DNA of 64,000 bases from Clostridia bacterium. GTDB lineage: Bacteria; Bacillota; Clostridia; RUG12999. The translations under genes were made by a program, and so were the position numbers. Within the stretch, counting starts at the first letter, position 1; every line of letters begins with the position of its first letter. The notes beneath the pieces were generated by a model. The model was not told the DNA's origin. It did not search any database and worked only from the letters and a program-made list of their open reading frames with translations. Shown here in pieces: positions 44,101 through 52,640 of this stretch. The stretch covers positions 20,268 to 84,267 of the forward strand of contig JAZROP010000041.1 of assembly GCA_045648785.1 (NCBI GenBank), written 5' to 3'.

Positions 44101-44122
44101 ATGGACAAAAGATATGATGTAG

Positions 44123-44452
44123 ATGGAACTATTGAAAACTGCTGTAAAACAGCCGCTTATTATAAATCAGCTTCAATTTTCTGTAACAGAGGCAGGTATG
44201 GTAACTTCGGGAAATCCGTTTCAATATGGATTTTTTAAGGGCACTTTCTTAGATAATGATGAATTTCCTGAACTTAATGAAAAACTTGCAGAAATCGGAG
44301 AAAAGCATGGTCTTACCAAAACAGGAGTTGCAGCAGCGCAGGTCATACGCCTCCGTGATAACAGCCTAAATTGCCAAAATGTGAAAAGTTTGAGAAAAAT
44401 ATCTTCGATGATTGAGAGTTTTAGAGAGGTAATCAAATATGGAAAGTTTTAA
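44123..44452 (+). pseudogene. probable C-terminal fragment of an aldo/keto reductase
   Basis: KLAEIGEKHGLTKTGVAAAQVIRL resembles the AKR C-terminal block KLAPIAEKHNV...VLAW. The N-terminal 60 to 70 percent is missing and the array abuts the 5' end. Confidence 0.35.
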
Positions 44453-45383
44453 TTTGTCATTTAATGCTATTGCACCAATTTTTATTCTGATGCTTTTAGG
44501 TTATTATCTTAAAAGAATCAAAGTGGTGGACAAACGAGGGTTTGGTGCCATAAATAAATTGGTATTCAAGGTTTTTTTGCCTGTTCTTTTGTTTTACAAT
44601 ATATACAAAACGGATGTTGGAAATGTTTTTGATGTTAAACTTGTCGTATTTACGATAGTTTGCGTTATTTTTGTTTTTGTGGCAGGCTATTTTGCAGCAC
44701 TTGTATTTACAAAGAATAATGCAAAAAGAGGAGTTATGCTGCAAGGTTTTTTTAGGTCCAATTTTGCGATATTGGGAGTGCCTCTTGTGGGTTATATTTG
44801 CGGCGATAATTCTGGCGGATTGGCATCTATGATGGTTGCGGTGGTTATCCCGGTATTTAACACCCTTGCGGTGATAGCTCTCGAAAGATTTAGGGGAGGG
44901 AGCAGTAAGCTGAATTTGCTGCGGTTGATAAAAGGAATAATTACAAATCCGCTCATTATTGGATGTCTGACGGGACTTGTATTTTTCCTGATTGATATAA
45001 AATTGCCTGCAATACTTGAAAAATCGGTAAAAGATATTTCGTCAATAGCAACCCCGTTGTCGATAATTGCTCTTGGCTCGGAATTTGAATTTTCAGCGGT
45101 TAAAGAAAGTGTTAAAGAACTTGTTATAACAGTAAGCGCACGACTTGTATTCGTACCCATGATTATACTGCTGGCAGCTGTCTTGAACGGTTTTTCAGGA
45201 GAAGCACTTGCTTGCATACTTGTTACTTTTGGCTCTCCGGTAGCAGTATCGTCTTTTGCTATGGCGCAACAAATGGATGGAGATGAGCAGCTTGCGGCAC
45301 AGCTTGTTGTTATGTCGTCAGCATTTTGTCTTATTACATTGTTTGGATGGATTTTTTTGCTTAGCTATCTTAATTTGTTTTAA
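44439..45383 (+). CDS. AEC-family transporter (auxin efflux carrier / malate-permease-like)
   Basis: About 10 TM helices with a two-repeat architecture, 314 aa. Confidence 0.8.
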   Translation: MESFNLSFNAIAPIFILMLLGYYLKRIKVVDKRGFGAINKLVFKVFLPVLLFYNIYKTDVGNVFDVKLVVFTIVCVIFVFVAGYFAALVFTKNNAKRGVMLQGFFRSNFAILGVPLVGYICGDNSGGLASMMVAVVIPVFNTLAVIALERFRGGSSKLNLLRLIKGIITNPLIIGCLTGLVFFLIDIKLPAILEKSVKDISSIATPLSIIALGSEFEFSAVKESVKELVITVSARLVFVPMIILLAAVLNGFSGEALACILVTFGSPVAVSSFAMAQQMDGDEQLAAQLVVMSSAFCLITLFGWIFLLSYLNLF

Positions 45384-45385
45384 AA

Positions 45386-45426
45386 AACAGCAGGAAGGTT
45401 ATTTGTTAACCGTCCTGCTGTTTCCG
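45386..45426 (+). terminator. intrinsic terminator after the AEC transporter
   Basis: AACAGCAGGA-(17 nt)-TCCTGCTGTT followed by TTTCCGTTT. Confidence 0.65.
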
Positions 45427-45507
45427 TTTAAAAGAATTTGTTTTAAAATTTCCTGTGGATTATTACTTAAGTTTAAAAAACTTATGTCAAAAGACTGCAA
45501 AAAAATC

Positions 45508-45547
45508 ACTCCTCTTTTAAGCATATGCTGAAAAGAGGAGTTTTATG
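45508..45547 (-). terminator. intrinsic terminator after tyrS
   Basis: ACTCCTCTTTT...AAAAGAGGAGT stem with a palindromic loop. Confidence 0.55.
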
Positions 45548-45548
45548 A

Positions 45549-46748
45549 TTAACCGTTAATAATTTTATGATATACTTTTTTACCTTTTTTAATTACATAT
45601 TCAGATGCGTCGGCAAAAGTGAAGTCAATATCAACCTTTTCGCTGTCAACCGAAACGCCCCCCTGCTGAATGAGGCGTCTTGCCTCGGATTTGGATGGGC
45701 AGAGTTTTGAAGCTACGAGGACGTCCATAATGTTCATACCATTTGCAGCAAGTGTTGTTGATGGCATATCGACGGGAGCTGCACCTGCGGAGAAGAGTTT
45801 TGTCGCTGTTTCCTGTGCGGAAAGAGCATTTTCTTCGCCATGCACAAGCTTTGTAACCTCAAAAGCAAGGCGTTTTTTAGCTTCATTAAGCTGAGCACCT
45901 TCCCATTTTTCCATTTCTTCAATTTCTTTAAGGTCCACAAATGTAAGAAGTTTTAAGAAACGGCATACATCAGCATCATCAACATTTCTCCAGTACTGAT
46001 AAAAATCGTAAGGAGAAACCTTTTCGGGGTCAAGCCACAGAGCTCCTTTTGCTGTTTTGCCCATCTTTTTACCCTCGCTGTTTGTAAGCAGAGTGAATGT
46101 CATGCCGTAAACCTGCTGACCTTTTTTGCGGCGTACAAGGTCAATGCCGCCAAGGATGTTACTCCACTGGTCATCACCGCCGAGTTCAATTTTACAGCCG
46201 TATTTTTCGTGAAGCATCAGGAAATCGTAACTCTGCATGAGCATATAGTTGAATTCCAGGAAGGAAAGACCTTTTTCAAGTCTTGTCTGGAAACATTTTG
46301 CCCTGAGCATTTCATTAACCGAGAAGCAACAACCGATATCTCGGAGAAACTCAACATAATTGAGTTTTAAAAGCCAATCGGCGTTGTTGACCATAATAGC
46401 CTTGTCATCCGAAAAGTCAATAACAGACGAAAGCTGTTTTTTGAAACATTCGCAGTTGTGTTGAATTGTTTCGGGCGTCATCATCTGACGCATATCTGTT
46501 CTGCCTGACGGGTCGCCTACCATACCCGTACCGCCACCTACAAGCGCAATGGGGGTGTGACCAGCATTCTGCATATGACGCATTACAACCATCTGCAGAA
46601 AATGACCTACATGGAGACTGTCTGCTGTCGGGTCAAAGCCTATATAAAATTTTACTTTTTCTTTTCCAAGCAATTCACGGATTTCATCCTCGTGAGTTGT
46701 CTGCGCAATAAGACCACGCGCTTTTAAGGTATCAAATACATTTTCCAT
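45549..46748 (-). CDS. tyrS: tyrosine--tRNA ligase
   Basis: HVGH and KMGKT class I motifs; C-terminal S4 domain. Confidence 0.95.
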   Translation of the reverse strand: MENVFDTLKARGLIAQTTHEDEIRELLGKEKVKFYIGFDPTADSLHVGHFLQMVVMRHMQNAGHTPIALVGGGTGMVGDPSGRTDMRQMMTPETIQHNCECFKKQLSSVIDFSDDKAIMVNNADWLLKLNYVEFLRDIGCCFSVNEMLRAKCFQTRLEKGLSFLEFNYMLMQSYDFLMLHEKYGCKIELGGDDQWSNILGGIDLVRRKKGQQVYGMTFTLLTNSEGKKMGKTAKGALWLDPEKVSPYDFYQYWRNVDDADVCRFLKLLTFVDLKEIEEMEKWEGAQLNEAKKRLAFEVTKLVHGEENALSAQETATKLFSAGAAPVDMPSTTLAANGMNIMDVLVASKLCPSKSEARRLIQQGGVSVDSEKVDIDFTFADASEYVIKKGKKVYHKIING

Positions 46749-46957
46749 ATACGTTCTCCTTAGTATTAATATACTTATTTTGTTATTTTATCATATAAAT
46801 CAACAAAATTCAAGAGTTTATTGAATTATTTGGGGAAATGGATTGATAGTGTGGGGGATGAGCGCTAAATTAAAGGTAATTTTAGCTGACAACTGGACAT
46901 AAAACCCGGGGGCGATTTTTTAAGAAGATTAAAAATGTTGACATGTTATGATTATGA

Positions 46958-47443
46958 ATGTTATGCAAACAATATGTTGCACAAAATGTTGATGCAGGAA
47001 ATATAAAACGAGTTAAAGAAGCAGTTGGTAAAGCGACAATTATTACAGTAATTTTCGGATCGACACTTGGTTCGATTTCGGCAATATTCTCAGGGCAGTT
47101 GTTATCAATAATGTCCACAACTCCTGAGGTAACTATGTATTCACAACAGAAAATGATAATTGTTTCAAGTACATATTTTATTTGTGGTATAAATGAAGTT
47201 TTGAACGGTTCGCTCAGGGGTCTTAACAGACCAATTATTCCGACCATTTCAACACTTATTTTTATGTGTCTGCTCAGATTTGTGTGGGTTTACTTTATAT
47301 TCACGCTTTGTCCAAATCTTACATTTCTTTATCTTGTATGGCCGATAGGATGGATTTGTTGTATCATAAAGACACTTTTATTCTATTTCCCGACACTGAG
47401 GAAATTACAGAGAAATAAAACCATAATTACGGAATTAAACTAA
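46958..47443 (+). pseudogene. C-terminal remnant of a MATE-family efflux transporter
   Basis: 161 aa corresponding to the last 4 to 5 TM helices of a MATE pump. An in-frame stop lies immediately upstream (46955-46957). Confidence 0.5.
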
Positions 47444-47445
47444 AG

Positions 47446-47480
47446 AAAAAAGGGCTTGTTCGTTTGAACAAGCCCTTTAA
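47446..47480. terminator. bidirectional terminator
   Basis: AGGGCTTGTTC-GTTT-GAACAAGCCCT. Confidence 0.7.
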
Positions 47481-47489
47481 TTATAATTA

Positions 47490-48689
47490 TTATTTTTTGT
47501 AACTGAACATCTGAGTTGTATAAAAACCATATTCCGAATCTTTGTCATAGCTAATTCCCACACCGGAGTAAGTAGCTTTTTCGTGAAGAAGGTTTGAACG
47601 ATGATCGGATGAGTTAAGCCATGAATCAAAAGTGTTTATAGGTGAATATTCGCCACCTGCAATACTTTCGGTGCAAGCGTAATATTTACCTTTTGCATTG
47701 TCGTATCTGTCCCAGGGAGTTTCGTTTTTGAGGTTTGTATGATTAAAATAATCATTGTCAGCCATATCCTGAGAATGGGCACGGCTCACCTTCGTTGCTG
47801 TTTCATCTTCAGTAAGAATGCTGAGTTTGTTTTTCAGGCGGAAAGCATTAGTTATATCTGATACCTCAAGTTCTGCCGCTTTGCCTGCAGAAGAAATGTT
47901 TTCTTTTAAAAATTTGTCCGAGCCGTAGGAAGCACCTACCCATACACCGTAGACAGTATTGCCGTTTAAAGTATCAATGTAAACACGGCAGCTGGGAGAG
48001 GATATTTCCTCGGAAATAATATCACCATATTTGATACCACCATCATATGTGAAATCCGTAAAAGCGGTATAAATACTTATTACCTTTCCGTCAAGAACAC
48101 CAATCATCATAAATTTTGAATAATCACTGTTGTAAACATACCAATCAAATCGGTCGGTACCTGAGTCAATTCTGTCAGGCTGGCCAAAAATGGAAGTAAC
48201 ACCAGAAACCGAATCGCCGACAGTGATTTTATTTTCGCCGATTGTCAGATAATGGCGCTGGGTTACAATTTCAACAATACGCTGGTTATGGTCCCACATT
48301 ACTGCTGCGTCAAGCGCCTCGGCAAGATATCTTACAGGAATAAGGATGCGGCTGTCAACATTTGTAACGGCGGTATCCATAGGAATTCTAATGTCGTTAA
48401 TATACAAGTTGGGGTCATTCTGGGTCATTTTCACAACCCTGTCATCGTAGGTTACAGTAGCTGTTTTTACAGAATCGTCCCAGGTTACTTCAGCCCCGAG
48501 AACCTCAGCCGTTTTGCGGATAGGTACCATTGTACGGTCAGAAATGATGAGAGGTTTAACATCAAAAACAACCGTTGTGCCGTCAACACGAACCTCAATA
48601 TCAGCAGGTGCAGCAAAAACATTTACGGTAGAAAGCAAAACAACTAAAGTGAGTAAAAATGTAAAAACTTTTTTCATATGAAAATCCAT
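47490..48689 (-). CDS. secreted protein with a copper-amine-oxidase-like N-terminal domain and a C-terminal CAP (SCP / YkwD-like) domain
   Basis: Signal peptide; the Cu_amine_oxidN1-like pattern (MVPIRKTAEVLGAEVTWDD); C-terminal CAP motifs (HSQDMADNDYFNH...GENI-like block). Confidence 0.7.
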   Translation of the reverse strand: MDFHMKKVFTFLLTLVVLLSTVNVFAAPADIEVRVDGTTVVFDVKPLIISDRTMVPIRKTAEVLGAEVTWDDSVKTATVTYDDRVVKMTQNDPNLYINDIRIPMDTAVTNVDSRILIPVRYLAEALDAAVMWDHNQRIVEIVTQRHYLTIGENKITVGDSVSGVTSIFGQPDRIDSGTDRFDWYVYNSDYSKFMMIGVLDGKVISIYTAFTDFTYDGGIKYGDIISEEISSPSCRVYIDTLNGNTVYGVWVGASYGSDKFLKENISSAGKAAELEVSDITNAFRLKNKLSILTEDETATKVSRAHSQDMADNDYFNHTNLKNETPWDRYDNAKGKYYACTESIAGGEYSPINTFDSWLNSSDHRSNLLHEKATYSGVGISYDKDSEYGFYTTQMFSYKK

Positions 48690-48728
48690 AACCTTTCCGC
48701 CGCATAATGCGACAATTTTCTATATTTT

Positions 48729-48757
48729 ATTTTATCATTAAGCGACGGTGGTGTCAA
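48729..48757 (-). promoter_or_regulatory. promoter for the CAP-domain gene
   Basis: Minus-strand TTGACA - 17 nt - TAAAAT. Confidence 0.5.
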
Positions 48758-48789
48758 TAGATATTTTTGCCTGATTTCTCTATAAGTAT

Positions 48790-49611
48790 TTAAAGTCTGT
48801 CAATACATACTTTTCCTGCGGAGGCGGATGCATGAATGACATATCTGCCACCCATAGACAGCATTACATGTCCGGGAGAGTATATAATATCAGCAGGTTT
48901 GGCGAGGTGAATATTTTCGGCCGGATAAGCGGAAACAGGAAAAGTAACCTTTGCCTGTTCGCTACTTTGTCGAGGCAGAGTTATGCCACAACATGCAAAG
49001 GAGTACATAATCAGTGAAGAACAGTCAAGTCCTCCTGATTTTTCGCCCCAATCGTAGGGTGTGTCAAGAAATTTAACTGCCTGTGACAGAATTGTGTTTC
49101 GTGAAAAGGGCAGATAACCCAAATGGCATCCCTCTTTTGGGGGAGAGCTTTTAAAAGTGAGTATGCCTTCTTCAGTATCAGGAATTTTAAGCAGATCATC
49201 AACGAGAGGTATTTTACAGGACATAAAATAATCAGTTCCGCAAAGATTTACCGTTGGGTTTGTTACTATACAAAAAGTTTCTGGAAAAGAAAGTGCCCTA
49301 GCCTGGTTGTGGGATATAATTGCCACACACGTTTCATCCACCCACCCGGAAGCAACTGATGATTTAATATAAAGATATTTTTCCCATTTATTTAAAACTT
49401 TAACTATGGAAAATGGCAAAAGAGCGGATTCCTGATTTAAATCAAAACCGTCCGAATCAAAGTTTGATATGTTTCCGTGTTTTCGCCGTATATTACATCT
49501 TTTTGTAACGAGCCCCAAAATGGAGTCTTTATCAGAAAATAAAAAATTTTTCAAGTTTAAATTCCTCCCCAAAAAAGCCGCCGGAGAGAAATTCCCGGCG
49601 GCTTGGGTCAC
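48790..49611 (-). CDS. NlpC/P60-family peptidase, YkfC-like (no signal peptide, likely cytoplasmic gamma-D-Glu-diamino-acid endopeptidase)
   Basis: Catalytic region GGLDCSSLIMYSFACCGITLPRQSSEQ with a downstream His (GHVML), and SH3b-like N-terminal domains. Confidence 0.7.
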   Translation of the reverse strand: MTQAAGNFSPAAFLGRNLNLKNFLFSDKDSILGLVTKRCNIRRKHGNISNFDSDGFDLNQESALLPFSIVKVLNKWEKYLYIKSSVASGWVDETCVAIISHNQARALSFPETFCIVTNPTVNLCGTDYFMSCKIPLVDDLLKIPDTEEGILTFKSSPPKEGCHLGYLPFSRNTILSQAVKFLDTPYDWGEKSGGLDCSSLIMYSFACCGITLPRQSSEQAKVTFPVSAYPAENIHLAKPADIIYSPGHVMLSMGGRYVIHASASAGKVCIDRL

Positions 49612-49632
49612 TCTGCTGATTTATTTATTAGA

Positions 49633-50466
49633 TCAGCAAGGATGACAGCGGTCATCATCATAATCGTTCCTCGGCGGATAGAATTCGTCGAACGGAAATT
49701 GAATTTTGTCAAAAAGTGTGCAGGGGTCATCGTCTGAGGTGTCAACACAGTCTTTCTGTGGCAGACAGTAATCATAATAGGGGATAAGAAGTTGGATGCT
49801 TCTTTGTAATCTTGTGATTACAAAAAGACCGATCGTAACGTAAATACGCTGCGTTTCATTGGAGGTGCAAATGTTACCGCCGATGCATTTACAAATACAT
49901 TCGGGAATGTCTGAAACTGAAATAGAAACATCGCTGTCGTCGTTGTTGTCGCAGCAACAATGGTCATTGTCGCATTTTACCTCAACAATTTTTGCACTTA
50001 AAGCAATTGGGTCAACTGTTTCCACAACAGCCTTTGGAAGATTGGTTTTTCTGGGTTCGAAAGTATCATTATCGCCGGGAACATAATTTGAGGTGAATAC
50101 ATACGCGCTTCCCTCTGAACCGAAAAGTATTACCTTTTTGGTGTAGGTTGCAAGACCGTCTATGTAACTTGATTTACCCAGACAGCTGCCAACCTCCAGA
50201 ACAACATGAAAATAAAATGAAATGTCCACGCTGAAATATCCTCTGTTAAATGGGAGAGCCTCAACATCCGAGCTTGCCCACAAAATTTCTGCTTTGCGGA
50301 ATTTTACTGATGTTGCTCGATTGACCAGTGCCTGGTCTGCTTCGCAAAAGTAGACCCTTAAATCCTCAAGACATTCTTTGTCCTTGCAGATATCGTAAAC
50401 TTTTTCGGTTTGAATACAAACCGAATCTCTTGCGCAGGACTGTGATGAATTTCTTTCTGCGCCCAC
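49633..50466 (-). CDS. cysteine- and aspartate-rich hypothetical protein
   Basis: 19 Cys in 277 aa, including CDNDHCCCDNNDD, CICKCIGGNIC and a C-terminal RCHPC. No TM helix or signal peptide. The minus-strand -10 candidate CATAATATA (plus 50509-50517, about 43 nt upstream) fits the CATA---TA pattern. Confidence 0.55.
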   Translation of the reverse strand: MGAERNSSQSCARDSVCIQTEKVYDICKDKECLEDLRVYFCEADQALVNRATSVKFRKAEILWASSDVEALPFNRGYFSVDISFYFHVVLEVGSCLGKSSYIDGLATYTKKVILFGSEGSAYVFTSNYVPGDNDTFEPRKTNLPKAVVETVDPIALSAKIVEVKCDNDHCCCDNNDDSDVSISVSDIPECICKCIGGNICTSNETQRIYVTIGLFVITRLQRSIQLLIPYYDYCLPQKDCVDTSDDDPCTLFDKIQFPFDEFYPPRNDYDDDRCHPC

Positions 50467-50578
50467 AATAAAACCTCCTTAAAATTGATTTCCTTTCGGG
50501 CTCAGTAATATATTATGCTTGCATTGTGAAAAATGTGTGTAAAGAATATGAAAAAACTCTTCGGATAGCAGTTGGAGG

Positions 50579-50607
50579 TTGACAAATTATATTATTAGGT
50601 GTATAAT
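50579..50607 (+). promoter_or_regulatory. promoter for the zinc-ribbon membrane protein gene
   Basis: TTGACA - 17 nt - TATAAT; RBS AAGGAGG. Confidence 0.6.
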
Positions 50608-50643
50608 TTTAACTAATAGTTTTAAATCAAGGAGGCATAGTAT

Positions 50644-52515
50644 ATGATTTGTAAAAAATGCGGGGCCGAATATCCGGACACAGAGGCAAAATGCCCGATA
50701 TGTGACGCTGAAACTGAGATTGAAGAAATAGCTGTAGAGGAAACGGTTGAAGTATCTGAAATAGCTGATGAAACTGTTGTAACAGAGAAAAAATCAAAGA
50801 AATCCCTTTGGATTGTACTTGCTGCAGCAGCGGTTATAATTGCTATTGCAGCGACAGTTTTCGGTGTAGCTTCAAATCTTACATTTACAGGTGCGGAAGA
50901 TGAAAGAGCGTCTGTTTATGTAATTACAAGAAAAGAGAAAAAACGAGTTTATGCAAAAGTCGGTAATAAAGAAGCGTGCCTCGTAAAAACACTTGGTGAA
51001 AAAGATTCTTTTGCTGAAAATAAAGAGTTTGTTGTGAAAAACAACAATATATATTTCCTTGATGATGAAGGCGGTCTTTCCATTATGAATATGAAAAACG
51101 GAAAGACAAAAGTAATCGGTGACGATTTTAAAGCTGGAACACTTATTGTGTCTGCAAAAGGTAATGCTGTTTTGTATGCGGGCGAAGATGGCATGCTTTA
51201 TAAGTCCAAAAGGGGCGGAGAAGCAAGAGCTGTTGCTGAAATAGGAAAATCAGAGTTTGACAATTCGCTTCCCAATTATGGTTTTGTTGAAGGAACAAAT
51301 GATGCGTGGTATGCACCTCTTGAAACGGAAGATGCGGTAGCTGCTACTGTTTATCTTGAAACAGGAGACGCTGTTGCTGAAAAGGCATCTGGAGTATTTC
51401 ATGTTGGCGACATGAGCGGTAAATACAATGTTGTATATGTAGCTGTAACCAGTGAAGAAACAATTCAGCCTGAACCGGAAGAGCCTGCAGAAGGAGAAGA
51501 AGCAAAGATTCCTGAACCGATTATTAAAAGAACATTTGCTCTCATGCTTAATGAAGAAGGTAAAGACCCTGTCGTTTTAAATGATAAATATGTTGATACT
51601 GATTCAATTTCAATTCTTCATAAAGAACACAAGGGTGTGCTTTATCTTGCAGATAAAGGCGAGGCCCCTGTGGATGAAGAAACAGGCGAAGTAGTGGGTG
51701 TTGCTTCAGGAACACTTTATTTCTATGAATTCGGTGGCGAAAAGATTGCTCTTGAAAAAGAAGTTTCGGTTGCACTTGTTCTTGATGAGTTAAACGGAAG
51801 CAACTATTTCCGTGATGCATCTGACAGGGCAGAGGACGAAACAATCGCGTACATGAAAGACAATACCATTGCGCTTATCAGAGATTTAAAGCCGGTTGCT
51901 AATCCTAAGGAATTTGAATTCCTTTCTTCCAGCCCCCTGTTCTATCATAACAACACATTTGTGCTTTATAAAACATATAATCCGACACCGGCAAGTGAAA
52001 TACAGCCTGCGGAAGGCGAAGAAGCAAAAGAACCCGAAAAAGCTCCTGTTAAACTTGTATATTCAAGTCTTGTAGACGGAGCGTGGTCAGATTATACAGT
52101 TGTTGCTGAAGAAGTTGTGGATTACTATTACGATGAAGAAAGTGGAAAGATTTATTATATGCTCAGCGAGTCCGAAGACCAGAACAAACGCACGTTATAT
52201 TGCTATAATGTAGTGTCTGGTGACAAAGTAAAAGTAGCGGATGATGCCCTTGGTTATATGTCGGCGACAGATGGTGGAAAGAGTTTCTATTTCATCAATG
52301 CTTATGATTCTGAAACTCAGCTTGCAGCAATCAGTCATTTTAACGGAAGTGAAACAAAGACCATTGCAGAAAAATTAAGCGGTTGTCTGCTTGCAAAAGA
52401 TGGAACTCCGTACATCGTAATTCCGCACGGTGATGACAGTGATCTTTATGTTGTAGATGGCGAAAAAGTAAATGTTGTTTGTGAAAAAATGACAAATATT
52501 CTCTACGCAAGATAA
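50644..52515 (+). CDS. zinc-ribbon membrane protein with a large duplicated extracytoplasmic domain
   Basis: N-terminal CKKCG...CPIC zinc ribbon, an acidic linker, one TM helix (LWIVLAAAAVIIAIAATVF), then two related domains each preceded by a PE/EA-rich linker (QPEPEEPAEGEEAKIPEP and QPAEGEEAKEPEKAP). Confidence 0.6.
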   Translation: MICKKCGAEYPDTEAKCPICDAETEIEEIAVEETVEVSEIADETVVTEKKSKKSLWIVLAAAAVIIAIAATVFGVASNLTFTGAEDERASVYVITRKEKKRVYAKVGNKEACLVKTLGEKDSFAENKEFVVKNNNIYFLDDEGGLSIMNMKNGKTKVIGDDFKAGTLIVSAKGNAVLYAGEDGMLYKSKRGGEARAVAEIGKSEFDNSLPNYGFVEGTNDAWYAPLETEDAVAATVYLETGDAVAEKASGVFHVGDMSGKYNVVYVAVTSEETIQPEPEEPAEGEEAKIPEPIIKRTFALMLNEEGKDPVVLNDKYVDTDSISILHKEHKGVLYLADKGEAPVDEETGEVVGVASGTLYFYEFGGEKIALEKEVSVALVLDELNGSNYFRDASDRAEDETIAYMKDNTIALIRDLKPVANPKEFEFLSSSPLFYHNNTFVLYKTYNPTPASEIQPAEGEEAKEPEKAPVKLVYSSLVDGAWSDYTVVAEEVVDYYYDEESGKIYYMLSESEDQNKRTLYCYNVVSGDKVKVADDALGYMSATDGGKSFYFINAYDSETQLAAISHFNGSETKTIAEKLSGCLLAKDGTPYIVIPHGDDSDLYVVDGEKVNVVCEKMTNILYAR

Positions 52516-52530
52516 TATTATTAAATTACG

Positions 52531-52567
52531 GCAGGAAAGAAATTAAATTTCTTTCCTGCTTTTTTTG
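52531..52567 (+). terminator. intrinsic terminator
   Basis: GCAGGAAAGAAATT / AATTTCTTTCCTGC palindrome followed by TTTTTTT. Confidence 0.75.
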
Positions 52568-52575
52568 CTATTCTA

Positions 52576-52604
52576 TTGATTTTTGACTGATAATAGTATA
52601 TAAT
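52576..52604 (+). promoter_or_regulatory. promoter for typA
   Basis: TTGATT - 17 nt - TATAAT. Confidence 0.5.
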
Positions 52605-52640
52605 ATATAGGTTAACACATATGAAAAGAGGAAATAGGTT

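Noticed and set aside
44123-44452. Treating the 109-aa ORF as an intact small gene
   Set aside because: Its similarity is only to the C-terminal block of aldo/keto reductases and it is truncated at the N-terminus by the repeat array, so it is more likely a remnant. The call is kept as a low-confidence pseudogene.
46749-46957. Possible T-box riboswitch in the tyrS leader
   Set aside because: I read the minus-strand leader. There is no T-box consensus (AAUUAGGGUGGUACCGCG-like) and no terminator/antiterminator pair immediately before the RBS.
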